This document shows positions 27,449 to 37,279 of a stretch of 64,000 bases of DNA, piece by piece (positions within the stretch are counted from its first letter, which is position 1; every line of letters begins with the position of its first letter). Position numbers and translations under genes: made by a program. Source of the stretch: an uncultured Gemmatimonadota bacterium (GTDB lineage Bacteria; Gemmatimonadota; Gemmatimonadetes; Palauibacterales; Palauibacteraceae); contig CAJWLK010000005.1 of the NCBI GenBank assembly GCA_913043255.1, forward strand, positions 46,224 through 110,223, given 5' to 3'. The notes beneath the pieces were generated by a model, which ran no database searches, had not been told where the DNA came from, and saw only the letters and a program-made list of their open reading frames with translations.

Positions 27449-27705
27449 CTAATAGCAATGGAGTGTTTGGTGTTGTGGGCGATCTTGTTTCGGTTGACGA
27501 AATGGGTGCGCACGTCTAATTTCCGCGGCTGTCCGTTAGACTGTGGCGAGGGAAAGTGGCGTCTCGTCCCGGTCTTTTTATGAACCCGAGAGGGTCGACT
27601 GTTGCTGGGCGGAAGAGCTTGTCTCTCGGTCAAAAGTCGATCTTTTTGCCACGACCCATGAACCTCCCGAAACGGGCTGGGTTCCAGGGTAAATGACCCC
27701 ACCAC

Positions 27706-29736
27706 ATGTCTGACGATATAACTCCCAAGAACGAAGTCGCAGAGGTCTCCGATATCGAAGCAGTTGAGGTGCACGATGAGGAGGATTCTTTAGCTGAAAC
27801 TCGGCCTCAGCCCTTTAAGCCTAGCCGTATCGATGTTGAAATCGACGCTGATCCCAGAGATGACACTCAATACGACGACGAAGAATATCAAGAACTCCTG
27901 GCACTCTACGAAGAGACTCTCAGTGAGATCACAGAAGGCGAAATTGTTAAGGCGCACGTCATAGGGAAAACCAACCTCGACATTATTCTGGATGTGGGTT
28001 TCAAATCAGAAGGTACGATACCACTAGAAGAGTTTCGTGACCCTGATGAGGTTAACGAGGGAGACATTGTCGATGTCTTCCTTGAGAGTCTTGAGGATGA
28101 TCAAGGTGTGGTCGTCCTTTCGAAAAAGAAGGCCGACTTTCTGCGTGTTTGGGAAAGGATCAAGGAAGCGTTCGACAATGATGTCCCCGTCAAGGGATAC
28201 ATTAAACGGAAAATCAAGGGAGGGGTCACTGTCGATCTCATGGGAGTCGATGCTTTCCTTCCGGGGTCTCAGATTGCACTCCGTCGTGTTCCCAACGTCG
28301 ACGACCTGCTTGGTGATGAGTACGATTTCAAAATCCTCAAACTGAACAAGCGGCGGCGAAACATTGTTGTGAGTCGCCGAGTGCTGCTGGAAGAAGAGCG
28401 AGCTGGAAAACGAGATGAGCTAAAAGAAGAGCTTAACGTTGGGGATCTTCGAACAGGTGTAATAAAGAATATTACTGACTTTGGGGCTTTTATCGATCTT
28501 GGTGGTATGGATGGGTTGCTCCACATTACTGACATGTCGTGGGGCCGTATTGGACACCCGTCTGAAGTGTGTGAAATTGGACAAACCCTTGAAGTTAAGA
28601 TTCTTGATATTGATTGGGACCGTGAACGGATATCGCTCGGTCTCAAACAGTTGCAGGAGTATCCGTGGAAAAACGTAGCTGAGAGATACCCGGTTGGGAC
28701 TAGAGTGCACGGGCGTGTTGTATCCGTCACTAATTATGGGGCCTTTATAGAACTTGAAAAGGGTATAGAAGGTCTCGTCCATATCTCCGAAATCTCATGG
28801 ACTCGAAACGTACGGCATCCATCGCAAATCGTTGCGATCGATGACGAAGTGGAATGCGTTATTCTCCGAGTTGCTGAAGATGCGCAAAAAATCTCTCTAG
28901 GTATGAAGCAAGTCGAGGAGGACCCGTGGCTTGCGCTTCCAATGCAGTATCCACCGGGGACAAAAATCAAGGGCTTGGTTCGCAATCTTACATCGTTCGG
29001 GGCATTTGTAGAGGTTGAGGCTGGAATAGATGGGTTAGTCCATATCTCGGACATGTCATGGACGAGGAGAGTCCAACATCCGGCTGAAGTTTTGCGTAAA
29101 GGCGAAGAAGTAGATGTTGTTGTCTTGTCTATTGATCCTGAACAGAAGCGCATCTCTTTAGGCGTCAAGCAACTTGAAGAGGACCCATGGTACGATCTTG
29201 CTCAAACGTATCAGGCCGGGTACGAGGTGAAGGGTACCATTCGGCGAATACTCGAAAAGGGAGTGGTAGCTGATCTTGGAGAAGATCTTGAGGGTTTCGT
29301 CCCGGTCTCACAGTTGGGAATGGCAGATGGTGTAAAAGATCCCGCTGAGCAGTTCTCGGAGGGAGACAAGCTCGAACTTCGCGTATTAGAGACTGATCCC
29401 ATTAATCGCCGCATAGTGTTAGCCTTGGTTGGAGCACCGGATGTTCCCTATGACAGCGAAGAGCTTGAATACGAAACGATGGATGAGGTTGGCCAGGGGG
29501 AAGAAGACTCCGAAAGTGATGCGGTTGCCGAGGAAGAAGGGGCTGCGGAAGAAGTAGCTGAAGAGGCCGAAGAAGAAGAGGCCGAGGAAGAAGCAGCTGA
29601 AGAGGCCGAAGAAGAAGAGGCCGAGGAAGAAGCAGCTGAAGAGGCCGAGGAAGAAGAGGCTGCGGAAGAAGAAGAGGCCGAGGAAGAAGAGGCTGCGGAA
29701 GAAGCAGCTGAAGAGGATAAAGACTCAAAGGACTAA
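27706..29736 (+). CDS. rpsA: 30S ribosomal protein S1 with acidic N- and C-terminal extensions
   Basis: Six S1-domain repeats (e.g. GVIKNITDFGAFIDLGGMDGLLHITDMSW, GRVVSVTNYGAFIELEKGIEGLVHISEISW). It also has an acidic N-terminal extension of about 70 aa and an E/A-rich tail of about 100 aa. Confidence 0.95.
   Translation: MSDDITPKNEVAEVSDIEAVEVHDEEDSLAETRPQPFKPSRIDVEIDADPRDDTQYDDEEYQELLALYEETLSEITEGEIVKAHVIGKTNLDIILDVGFKSEGTIPLEEFRDPDEVNEGDIVDVFLESLEDDQGVVVLSKKKADFLRVWERIKEAFDNDVPVKGYIKRKIKGGVTVDLMGVDAFLPGSQIALRRVPNVDDLLGDEYDFKILKLNKRRRNIVVSRRVLLEEERAGKRDELKEELNVGDLRTGVIKNITDFGAFIDLGGMDGLLHITDMSWGRIGHPSEVCEIGQTLEVKILDIDWDRERISLGLKQLQEYPWKNVAERYPVGTRVHGRVVSVTNYGAFIELEKGIEGLVHISEISWTRNVRHPSQIVAIDDEVECVILRVAEDAQKISLGMKQVEEDPWLALPMQYPPGTKIKGLVRNLTSFGAFVEVEAGIDGLVHISDMSWTRRVQHPAEVLRKGEEVDVVVLSIDPEQKRISLGVKQLEEDPWYDLAQTYQAGYEVKGTIRRILEKGVVADLGEDLEGFVPVSQLGMADGVKDPAEQFSEGDKLELRVLETDPINRRIVLALVGAPDVPYDSEELEYETMDEVGQGEEDSESDAVAEEEGAAEEVAEEAEEEEAEEEAAEEAEEEEAEEEAAEEAEEEEAAEEEEAEEEEAAEEAAEEDKDSKD
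29557..29634 (+). repeat. exact 39-bp tandem duplication inside the rpsA acidic tail
   Basis: gctgaagaggccgaagaagaagaggccgaggaagaagca occurs at 29557-29595 and again at 29596-29634. It is embedded in a GAA/GCN-rich tract of roughly 29520-29715. Confidence 0.9.
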
Positions 29737-29786
29737 CTCGGCGATAAGGGCTACAGGCTGACGAGGGGGATAGGCAGGGTTCCATT

Positions 29787-31658
29787 ATGCCACGAATCCG
29801 GTGGGTCTTCGTCGGGGTGCTATGCAGTTTGATCCTGGGTGTAGCATGTGCCCTTCCCAAACCGTCATCTCCGACATCTGACCCTAAACAAAACATGCCC
29901 GATGTAGGTCGTGGGCGGGCCGCATTAGCCGCCGCTTGGCGGGAATACGATGCGAGTCGATATATGATTGCCTTGAACCGGGCGGATTCGCTTTTTGCTT
30001 CCTGGCGCGATCAAGCTTCGATCACTTCTCTTGCCGATAGTGCGCTATGGTTGGCGGGTCAATCCTTAGAAGCTCAAGGTTCGCTAGGGGGGGCTGCCGA
30101 CCGGTACGAGGAGCTGGCTCGTCGAGTCTCGGAAGGGTTGTTTCGAGACCAGGTAGTGGAGCACTGGATTCAGGCTTTGGGAAACACCGGTAGGGAATTT
30201 GAGGCCGTCAAACGTGCTCTCGAAAACCCTGGTGTTCTTAGTCAAAATTATTTGGACACTTTTCGTCGCTGGGTTTCTACCCTCTCGAAAGAACAACTCC
30301 AATCAGTTTTGTCGACCGCACCACTCGAAACCCTCGCGGCTACCGTTGCATCTGTTCATCTGGCCGAATTACTAGTGGCGACTGGAGATACTGAAGAAGC
30401 AAAGCGGATTGTGTCTGAAGTTCTTGAACGAAGTCCACTTGGGCCGGAGCGTGAGAGAGCGGAGTTGCTTGTATCGGTAGTGGCAGACCCACTGGCTAAG
30501 CCTGTTAAGCTTGGTGCCATCCTGCCGTTGACTGGTGAATTAGCCGATGTCGGCGAGTGGCTTCGAGAGGGAATTGAGTTGGCAGTTGAAGATTACGAAC
30601 GATTACACCGCGATGGATTTGATCTTGAATTAGTTATCTTGGACGACAGGTCTGTTGCGGACGAGATTCCTGCGATCATGGCAGAACTTGAGTCGGAGAA
30701 GGTATTGGGGATAATTGGTCCCATGGGCTCAGAAGCGTTTGCGGCCGCAGCGAGAACACGCCGAGACCCCAAGCTGCCGATTATTAGTCCGACGGCCACA
30801 GAGGTCCAGCGTCCTCATGAAAGTGTTTACACTCTCTATGATTTCGTTACGCGGGAACTTGATGTTGCGGCGGATCTCGCCCATTGGGTGGTAGAAGAGT
30901 TGGGGCTTAAGCGCGTAGGAATTTTATATCCGAAAATTGGAAGGGGCCGGGCGGTCTCAGCGTTTGAAGATGCGATTGTAGCCGCTGGCGGTGTTGTTGT
31001 TGCCCAAGAAGTTTACGATCCGACTCTTACTACGTTTCAGGAACCGATCGAAGCCATTGCTGAAGCGGACCCGGATGTGATCTATGCCCCCGCTCCAACT
31101 CCACCAGTTGTGCTTTCCTTGGCTCCACAGTTGTTCTACTACGGCCTATATAGGCACATTATTCTTGGTAGTGAAGCTTGGGCAGATCCTACGGTGTTGC
31201 GCCGCCTTGAGACTTTTTCGTCAGACTACAAGGTGGTGGGGTTGTGGGTTGATCGGATGGGCCCTGGAACCCAATGGGAAAACTTTAAGGTAAAATATGA
31301 GAGAAAGTACCGTAAGGCCTTGCGTGATAATATATTACCTGGACTAGGATATGATGCTGCTTCGGTCCTGCTCGCCGCGTTGGAAGCAAGCAGGGTTCCT
31401 ATGGCCGCGGCTTTGGCTGGCTATTTTTCCGGTACGCAGGGAATCAATGGAGTCACTGGATTTTTCAACTTGGATCCCGAAAAATCGACCGTCCATCGAA
31501 AGACCGAGGTTCGTATGTTACGAAACAAACAGCTGCAACCAGCTGACCGAGCGGAACTGATGGAGTGGCTATTTTATGCAAAAGCGGCCCCATCCCCTTT
31601 CGCGCCTCGTGATACAATTCCTCAGGATAGTATTCCTCGAGACTCCATTCCACGATGA
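29787..31658 (+). CDS. periplasmic lipoprotein-like protein: helical N-domain plus type-1 periplasmic-binding fold (LpoA-like / Leu-Ile-Val-binding family)
   Basis: Signal with Cys ([10 protein letters not shown]). The N-domain is about 230 aa and helical. [31 protein letters not shown]...GIIGPMGSE is typical of the PBP type 1 fold. The C-terminal repeats are [15 protein letters not shown]. Confidence 0.6.
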   Translation: MPRIRWVFVGVLCSLILGVACALPKPSSPTSDPKQNMPDVGRGRAALAAAWREYDASRYMIALNRADSLFASWRDQASITSLADSALWLAGQSLEAQGSLGGAADRYEELARRVSEGLFRDQVVEHWIQALGNTGREFEAVKRALENPGVLSQNYLDTFRRWVSTLSKEQLQSVLSTAPLETLAATVASVHLAELLVATGDTEEAKRIVSEVLERSPLGPERERAELLVSVVADPLAKPVKLGAILPLTGELADVGEWLREGIELAVEDYERLHRDGFDLELVILDDRSVADEIPAIMAELESEKVLGIIGPMGSEAFAAAARTRRDPKLPIISPTATEVQRPHESVYTLYDFVTRELDVAADLAHWVVEELGLKRVGILYPKIGRGRAVSAFEDAIVAAGGVVVAQEVYDPTLTTFQEPIEAIAEADPDVIYAPAPTPPVVLSLAPQLFYYGLYRHIILGSEAWADPTVLRRLETFSSDYKVVGLWVDRMGPGTQWENFKVKYERKYRKALRDNILPGLGYDAASVLLAALEASRVPMAAALAGYFSGTQGINGVTGFFNLDPEKSTVHRKTEVRMLRNKQLQPADRAELMEWLFYAKAAPSPFAPRDTIPQDSIPRDSIPR

Positions 31659-33205
31659 GTATGAAAGAGAAGCTCAAAGAGCTTGAAAACCGGGCAGCGA
31701 ATGCACGAAAAGGTGGTGGGGCGGAGCGGTTAGCGCGTCAACACGAACGCGGTAAATTGGGGGCTCGAGAACGTCTTGAAGTTCTTCTTGATGAAGGAAG
31801 CTTCGTAGAGCTCGATCGCTTTGTTGAGCATGGGTGTCATGATTTTGGGCTCGCTGAAGAGCGGATTCCAGGAGACGGTGTGATCACTGGGTACGGTCGC
31901 ATTGATGGCCGCTCGGTATTTGTCTTTTCCCAAGATTTCACTGTGTTCGGTGGCTCTCTTTCTGAAGCACATGCCGGGAAAATTGTGAAGGTCTTGGACC
32001 TTGCGACAAAGAATGGAACACCTGTGGTCGGATTGAATGATTCGGGTGGGGCCCGGATTCAAGAGGGAGTCGCGTCGCTCGGAGGTTACGCGGACATCTT
32101 TCTTCGCAACACAATGGCATCTGGCGTGGTTCCTCAAATCAGTGCGATACTCGGGCCGTGTGCAGGAGGTGCAGTTTATTCTCCTGCGATTACGGATTTT
32201 GTCTTTATGGTAGATGGGGTAAGCCACATGTTTGTGACGGGCCCCAATGTTGTGAAGACCGTAACTCATGAAGATGTGACCTTCGAGGAGTTGGGTGGAG
32301 CTGCGATGCACGCTAGTCGATCGGGGATCGCCCATTTCCGTTCAAAAACGGAAGTTATGGCTCTCCAGGAGATCAGGTCGTTGCTCTCCTATCTGCCCCA
32401 AAACAACCAAGAAAACCCGCCATTCCAAAGTACCAACGATCGACCTGATAGAGGCGATGAGGAATTGCTCAGTATTGTACCGGACGAGCCGCAACTTCCT
32501 TACGACATGCATGAGGTGGTCGAAAGAGTTGTAGACGAAGGTGAGTTCTTAGAGGTGCATAAAGACTTTGCACAGAACATCATCGTCGGTTTTTCGAGAT
32601 TAGGAGGACACTCGATTGGTATAATTGCAAACCAGCCTGCTGTGCTGGCTGGCGTACTTGATATCGACGCGAGCGTTAAAGCCGCCCGGTTCGTGAGGTT
32701 CTGTGATGCGTTCAACATCCCCCTGATAACATTCGAAGACGTACCCGGGTTTTTGCCAGGGCTTGCCCAAGAACATGGTGGGATTATTCGTCATGGGGCC
32801 AAGTTGTTGTTCGCGTATTGCGAGTCGACCGTGCCAAAACTGACAGTTATTACGCGGAAAGCTTATGGCGGTGCGTACGATGTGATGTCATCGAAACACA
32901 TCCGAGGCGACTTGAATTTTGCATGGCCGACAGCTGAGATCGCGGTTATGGGACCCAAGGGAGCTGTGGAGGTTCTGTATAGAAAAGAGATTGCTCTAGC
33001 GGATGATCCCGAGGGGCGGACCAGTGAACTCGAACAAGAGTTTAGGGATCGATTTGCCAATCCATATCTGGCTGCTGCTAGGGGCTATGTGGATGATGTC
33101 ATTGATCCCAGGGATACTCGACAACGTCTAATATCGGGCCTTGAGGCCTTGGTTCAAAAACGCGACCAAAACCCGCCGAAGAAGCACGGCAACATCCCCC
33201 TTTGA
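31655..33205 (+). CDS. pccB: propionyl-CoA/methylmalonyl-CoA carboxyltransferase (acyl-CoA carboxylase beta subunit)
   Basis: [43 protein letters not shown], and a C-terminal half with [13 protein letters not shown]. Size is 516 aa. Confidence 0.9.
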   Translation: MSMKEKLKELENRAANARKGGGAERLARQHERGKLGARERLEVLLDEGSFVELDRFVEHGCHDFGLAEERIPGDGVITGYGRIDGRSVFVFSQDFTVFGGSLSEAHAGKIVKVLDLATKNGTPVVGLNDSGGARIQEGVASLGGYADIFLRNTMASGVVPQISAILGPCAGGAVYSPAITDFVFMVDGVSHMFVTGPNVVKTVTHEDVTFEELGGAAMHASRSGIAHFRSKTEVMALQEIRSLLSYLPQNNQENPPFQSTNDRPDRGDEELLSIVPDEPQLPYDMHEVVERVVDEGEFLEVHKDFAQNIIVGFSRLGGHSIGIIANQPAVLAGVLDIDASVKAARFVRFCDAFNIPLITFEDVPGFLPGLAQEHGGIIRHGAKLLFAYCESTVPKLTVITRKAYGGAYDVMSSKHIRGDLNFAWPTAEIAVMGPKGAVEVLYRKEIALADDPEGRTSELEQEFRDRFANPYLAAARGYVDDVIDPRDTRQRLISGLEALVQKRDQNPPKKHGNIPL

Positions 33206-34701
33206 CGCAGATGTTTGACACAGTTTTGATCGCGAATCGAGGTGAAATCGCTCTCCGTGTAATCCGTGCCTGCAGGGAAGAAGGGCTGAGATCTGTTGCG
33301 GTATACTCGTCACCTGACCAAGAGGCACCTCATGTGCTTGCGGCAGATCAGGCGGTTGCACTTGGAGGTACTACTCCTGCGGAGTCTTACCTTTCAGAGG
33401 GGCTCCTCCTTAAAGCTGCCGCGGATACTGGCGCTGGAGCCATCCATCCGGGCTACGGGTTTCTCGCTGAAAGCGCCAAGTTCGCCCGGTCAGTCGAAGA
33501 TGCCAATCTAACCTTCATTGGCCCACCCTCAGCGGCTATTGAAGAAATGGGGGACAAGCCTCGTGCTCGTGCACGGATGGTCACAGCGGGAGTGCCCGTT
33601 GTGCCGGGAAGCGGTGAATTGTCATCCATTGCTTCTGCCAGGGAAGTGGCTGAAGAGATTGGTTTTCCGATAATGATCAAGGCGGCTGGTGGTGGAGGTG
33701 GGAAGGGGATGCACGTTGTACAAAATCCTGCCGATCTAAAAGCGGCGTTCGAGCGAGCACAACGTGAGGCAGAGGGTGCCTTTGGTGATGGCCGGATTTA
33801 TTTGGAACGGTTTCTTCTACGCCCACGACACATCGAAATCCAGATATTGGCCGACGAGAACCGAATACTTCACTTGGGTGAGCGAGAGTGTTCCATCCAA
33901 CGAAGGCATCAAAAATTAATTGAAGAAGCACCATCTCCATGTGTAGACGAAGTGTTACGAGAGAGGCTTGGTGCAGTCGCAGTGCAGGCAGCAGAGGCTG
34001 TAGGATATCTGGGGGCAGGTACCGTGGAATTTCTCTTGGAGGGTTCTGATTTTTTCTTCCTTGAGATGAATACAAGAATTCAGGTAGAGCACCCGGTCAC
34101 GGAAATGATTACTGGAGTTGACCTTGTTCGAGAACAGCTTCGTATTGCGCTTGGTTATCCGGCACTGAATGGATTAGATGCTCCTTCTCCACGCGGCCAT
34201 GCATTGGAGTGCCGGATCAGTGCAGAAGATCCACAGAAGGATTTTCTGCCCTCTGTGGGGCGAGTCGAAAGTTTAGAAATCCCGACGGGGCCCGGGATAC
34301 GGTGGGACGGTGGTATCCGAGTAGGATTCGAGGTTGGGCTCCATTACGATCCCCTGCTGGGAAAACTCATCGTTCATGCAGAGAACAGAGCGCAAGCTAT
34401 TGAACGCATGCGAGTGGCACTCGAAGAGCTTTGGATTGATGGTCTTGCAACAACCCAAGCTTATCATCTTTCAGTCTTGGGTGAGGAGGATTTTCAGGCG
34501 GGTGCGCTGTCCATCGAATACGTGCAGGAGCATCCAGAACTTTTACGGTTGGTGCCTCCTGATTTGCAAAAAGTGGCAATCGCAACGGCCGTTCTATGTG
34601 AAAATCATTTGGACCACGAAGCATCACTCGGTGTAAGTGACAATAAAAAAGTCGTCGGTCGGCAGCTCTCTCCATGGGTGCAGGCAGGTCGGGAATGGTG
34701 A
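33202..34701 (+). CDS. biotin carboxylase subunit of acyl-CoA carboxylase (no fused BCCP domain)
   Basis: [30 protein letters not shown]-grasp GGGGKGM, and [14 protein letters not shown]. It ends at 499 aa without a biotinyl domain. Confidence 0.9.
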   Translation: MTQMFDTVLIANRGEIALRVIRACREEGLRSVAVYSSPDQEAPHVLAADQAVALGGTTPAESYLSEGLLLKAAADTGAGAIHPGYGFLAESAKFARSVEDANLTFIGPPSAAIEEMGDKPRARARMVTAGVPVVPGSGELSSIASAREVAEEIGFPIMIKAAGGGGGKGMHVVQNPADLKAAFERAQREAEGAFGDGRIYLERFLLRPRHIEIQILADENRILHLGERECSIQRRHQKLIEEAPSPCVDEVLRERLGAVAVQAAEAVGYLGAGTVEFLLEGSDFFFLEMNTRIQVEHPVTEMITGVDLVREQLRIALGYPALNGLDAPSPRGHALECRISAEDPQKDFLPSVGRVESLEIPTGPGIRWDGGIRVGFEVGLHYDPLLGKLIVHAENRAQAIERMRVALEELWIDGLATTQAYHLSVLGEEDFQAGALSIEYVQEHPELLRLVPPDLQKVAIATAVLCENHLDHEASLGVSDNKKVVGRQLSPWVQAGREW

Positions 34702-34771
34702 TCAAATTATACGGTATGATGGTTTGGCTTTTGGGTATGAGTTTGATCATGCGACGAGCGCGTGAGACTCA

Positions 34772-35278
34772 ATGAGATATTACGTCGGGGTAAATGGAGA
34801 AGAAGTTCAGGCTCTTCTTAATGATGGGAGTTTGGAGTTAGAAGGTGAACACATGAGCGCGACTCTTCATCCCTTGGGTGCTACTGAAGCGCAAATGTCA
34901 CTCGATGGGATGCGTCATCGTGTTTACGTACGACGGACCAGGGCGGGGTGGCGAATCCATACACGCGGTAGGACGTTTGAGGTCACTGTTGAGGATGAAC
35001 GGAGCAGGGTGATTCGAGAACTCGGCGGTGGTATGGCATCGAGGTCAAATGCTCCCGAGGTTCGCGCGCCAATGCCGGGATTGATCGTACGTGTGCTAGT
35101 CGATTCAGGACAAGAAGTTGAAGCTGGGGATGGTATGCTAGTAATAGAAGCAATGAAAATGGAAAATGAATTAAAGGCCGAAGGTGCTGGCTTGGTTGGA
35201 CAGATTCATGTTAAACCTGGTCAGACTGTTGATAAGGGTGATTTGCTAGTCAGCTTTGAGAGCGTGACAGATGAGTGA
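34772..35278 (+). CDS. biotin carboxyl carrier protein (biotinyl domain protein)
   Basis: C-terminal biotinylation motif IEAMKMENEL within a lipoyl/biotinyl hammerhead-like sequence. Size is 168 aa. Confidence 0.8.
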   Translation: MRYYVGVNGEEVQALLNDGSLELEGEHMSATLHPLGATEAQMSLDGMRHRVYVRRTRAGWRIHTRGRTFEVTVEDERSRVIRELGGGMASRSNAPEVRAPMPGLIVRVLVDSGQEVEAGDGMLVIEAMKMENELKAEGAGLVGQIHVKPGQTVDKGDLLVSFESVTDE

Positions 35279-36887
35279 AAAGGAGCCTCGTCCTGGTGGA
35301 GAATTGCGATCTGGCGCTGCGCAAAACGAGGGGCGACTAAAGGCGTTCCGGACGACGAGTAAAGTCGAAGTTGATGCCCTTTACGGACCTGGTGAAGAAA
35401 ATTCAAGACTAGGACTTCCAGGAGAGTTTCCCTATACGAGGGGCATCTACCCGACGATGTATCGTGAGCGTTTATGGACTATGCGCCAATATGCTGGTTT
35501 TGGCACTCCCTCCGAAACGAACGAACGCTTCCATTATTTGCTTGACTCTGGACAGACGGGTTTGTCTGTGGCATTTGATCTGCCTACACAGATGGGTTAC
35601 GACTCGGATGATGAGATGGCTCTTGGTGAGGTGGGAAGAGTCGGTGTGGCCATAGACTCGATCGAAGACATGCACCGCCTCTTCGATGGAATCCCGCTCG
35701 ACAAAGTGTCAACATCAATGACGATTAACGCGACGGCACCAATACTCTTAGCAATGTATGTGGGTGTGGCCGAAGAACGAGGCGTACCTCACGAATTTTT
35801 GCGAGGAACTGTTCAGAATGATGTGTTGAAGGAGTTCATTGCTCGTGGGGCATATATTTATCCCGTTGAGCCCAGTTTGAAATTTGTTACCGACGTGTTC
35901 GAGTACTGTTCTGCTACACTCCCCAGGTGGAATCCTATTTCTATTAGTGGTTACCACGTCCGAGAGGCGGGAGCAACTGCGGCGCAGGAGTTGGCTTTTA
36001 CCATCGCAAACGGGCTCGAGTATGTGCAACGCGCCATTGATAGTGGTTTAAAAGTAGATCGCTTTGCACCACGATTGAGTTTCTTTTTCTCTGCTGACCG
36101 TGTGTTTTTTGAAGAAGTGGCAAAGTTCCGTGCCGCACGGCGAATGTGGGCGGAGTTAATGCATGATCGATTTGGGGCAAGGGATGACGCTTGTCGATTG
36201 CGGTTTCATGCACAGACAGCCGGGTCATCACTGACTGCACAACAACCTTTGAATAATGCGGTGCGAGTCGCGGTCCAAGCCCTGTCTGCGGTTCTCGGAG
36301 GCGCACAATCATTGCACACAAACGGATACGATGAAGCTCTTACTCTTCCAGGAACTGAGGCTGCTCGATTGGCCCTCCGCACGCAACAGATTCTCGCATC
36401 GGAGTCGGGGGTAGCGGATACCGTCGACCCGTTGGGAGGTGCGTACTTCGTTGAAGCTCTAACGGAAGAGCTTGAAAATCTAGGATACATGTATCTGAAG
36501 GAAATTGAGAGTCGTGGTGGAGCGACACAGGCGATCGAGTACATGCGTGAAGAGATTCATAAGAGTGCCTATCTTCACCAACGGTCGATAGAGAGTGGAG
36601 ACCTTGAAGTGGTAGGAGTGAATACGTACCAAGATGAAGAAGAGTCATTGATCCCAGAGGCGCCTGATTTTATTAGCTTAGCCCGCAAGCAAAGAGAACG
36701 GCTCGAGACTGTTCGTTCAGCTCGTGACGATGCAGCAGTGACGCGAGCCTTAGATGAAATTCAGCAAGTGGCGTCTCGAGATGGTAACCTTCTCCCTGTT
36801 CTCGTAGACGCCGTCCAGAAACGAGTCACGCTCGGCGAAATTAGTCACACTCTTCGCAGGGTGTGGGGTGAGTATCAACCGCAATGA
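35271..36887 (+). CDS. methylmalonyl-CoA mutase, catalytic (large) chain without B12-binding domain
   Basis: FPYTRGIYPTMYRERLWTMRQYAGFG, GLSVAFDLPTQMGYDSD, TISISGYH-type segment (PISISGYHVREAG), and FFEEVAKFRAARRMW. It ends at 538 aa, before any DxHxxG cobalamin-binding module. Confidence 0.9.
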   Translation: MSEKEPRPGGELRSGAAQNEGRLKAFRTTSKVEVDALYGPGEENSRLGLPGEFPYTRGIYPTMYRERLWTMRQYAGFGTPSETNERFHYLLDSGQTGLSVAFDLPTQMGYDSDDEMALGEVGRVGVAIDSIEDMHRLFDGIPLDKVSTSMTINATAPILLAMYVGVAEERGVPHEFLRGTVQNDVLKEFIARGAYIYPVEPSLKFVTDVFEYCSATLPRWNPISISGYHVREAGATAAQELAFTIANGLEYVQRAIDSGLKVDRFAPRLSFFFSADRVFFEEVAKFRAARRMWAELMHDRFGARDDACRLRFHAQTAGSSLTAQQPLNNAVRVAVQALSAVLGGAQSLHTNGYDEALTLPGTEAARLALRTQQILASESGVADTVDPLGGAYFVEALTEELENLGYMYLKEIESRGGATQAIEYMREEIHKSAYLHQRSIESGDLEVVGVNTYQDEEESLIPEAPDFISLARKQRERLETVRSARDDAAVTRALDEIQQVASRDGNLLPVLVDAVQKRVTLGEISHTLRRVWGEYQPQ

Positions 36888-36925
36888 TCGTCGAAACTAA
36901 CCCCATGCACTATTAAGGGAGCGGG

Positions 36926-37279
36926 ATGCCGACCTACGAATATCGATGTCGCGCTTGCGATCATGAGTTTGAACGTTTCCAGAAAATTTCGTCTGCACCT
37001 GTTCGTACGTGTCCGGAATGTAAAAAACGACGTGTGCAAAGATTGATATCGACCGGTGGTGGCATTGTTTTCAAGGGGACGGGCTTCTATGCAACAGATT
37101 ATAGGAGTCCTGCCGAAACCGCTGCGCGTGAAAAAGGATCACGGGGTGAGGAAGGCCCAGCTAAGACCGGTGGATCAAAAGATGATGGAACCCCCAAGGA
37201 TAAGAAGAAGGATAAGAAGAAGGATAAGAAGAAGGATAAGAAGAAGGAAAATGGAGCGGGGAAAGGGTCGAGGTCGTGA
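36926..37279 (+). CDS. FmdB-family zinc-ribbon protein with Lys/Asp-repeat tail
   Basis: MPTYEYRCRACDHEFERFQKISSAPVRTCPECKKRRVQRLIS is the FmdB-type CxxC...CxxC ribbon. The tail is KDKKKDKKKDKKKDKKKE. Confidence 0.75.
   Translation: MPTYEYRCRACDHEFERFQKISSAPVRTCPECKKRRVQRLISTGGGIVFKGTGFYATDYRSPAETAAREKGSRGEEGPAKTGGSKDDGTPKDKKKDKKKDKKKDKKKENGAGKGSRS
37199..37246 (+). repeat. 12-bp unit gataagaagaag x4, exact tandem
   Basis: Read directly. It encodes the (DKKK)4 tail of the zinc-ribbon protein. Confidence 0.9.

Noticed and set aside
27459-27660. Small ORF MECLVLWAILFRLTKW... in the rpsA leader, which stays open past an in-frame TGA. It could be a mini-selenoprotein.
   Set aside because: It has no RBS, no SECIS-like stem after the TGA and no redox motif around the TGA. 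It is more likely non-coding leader RNA.
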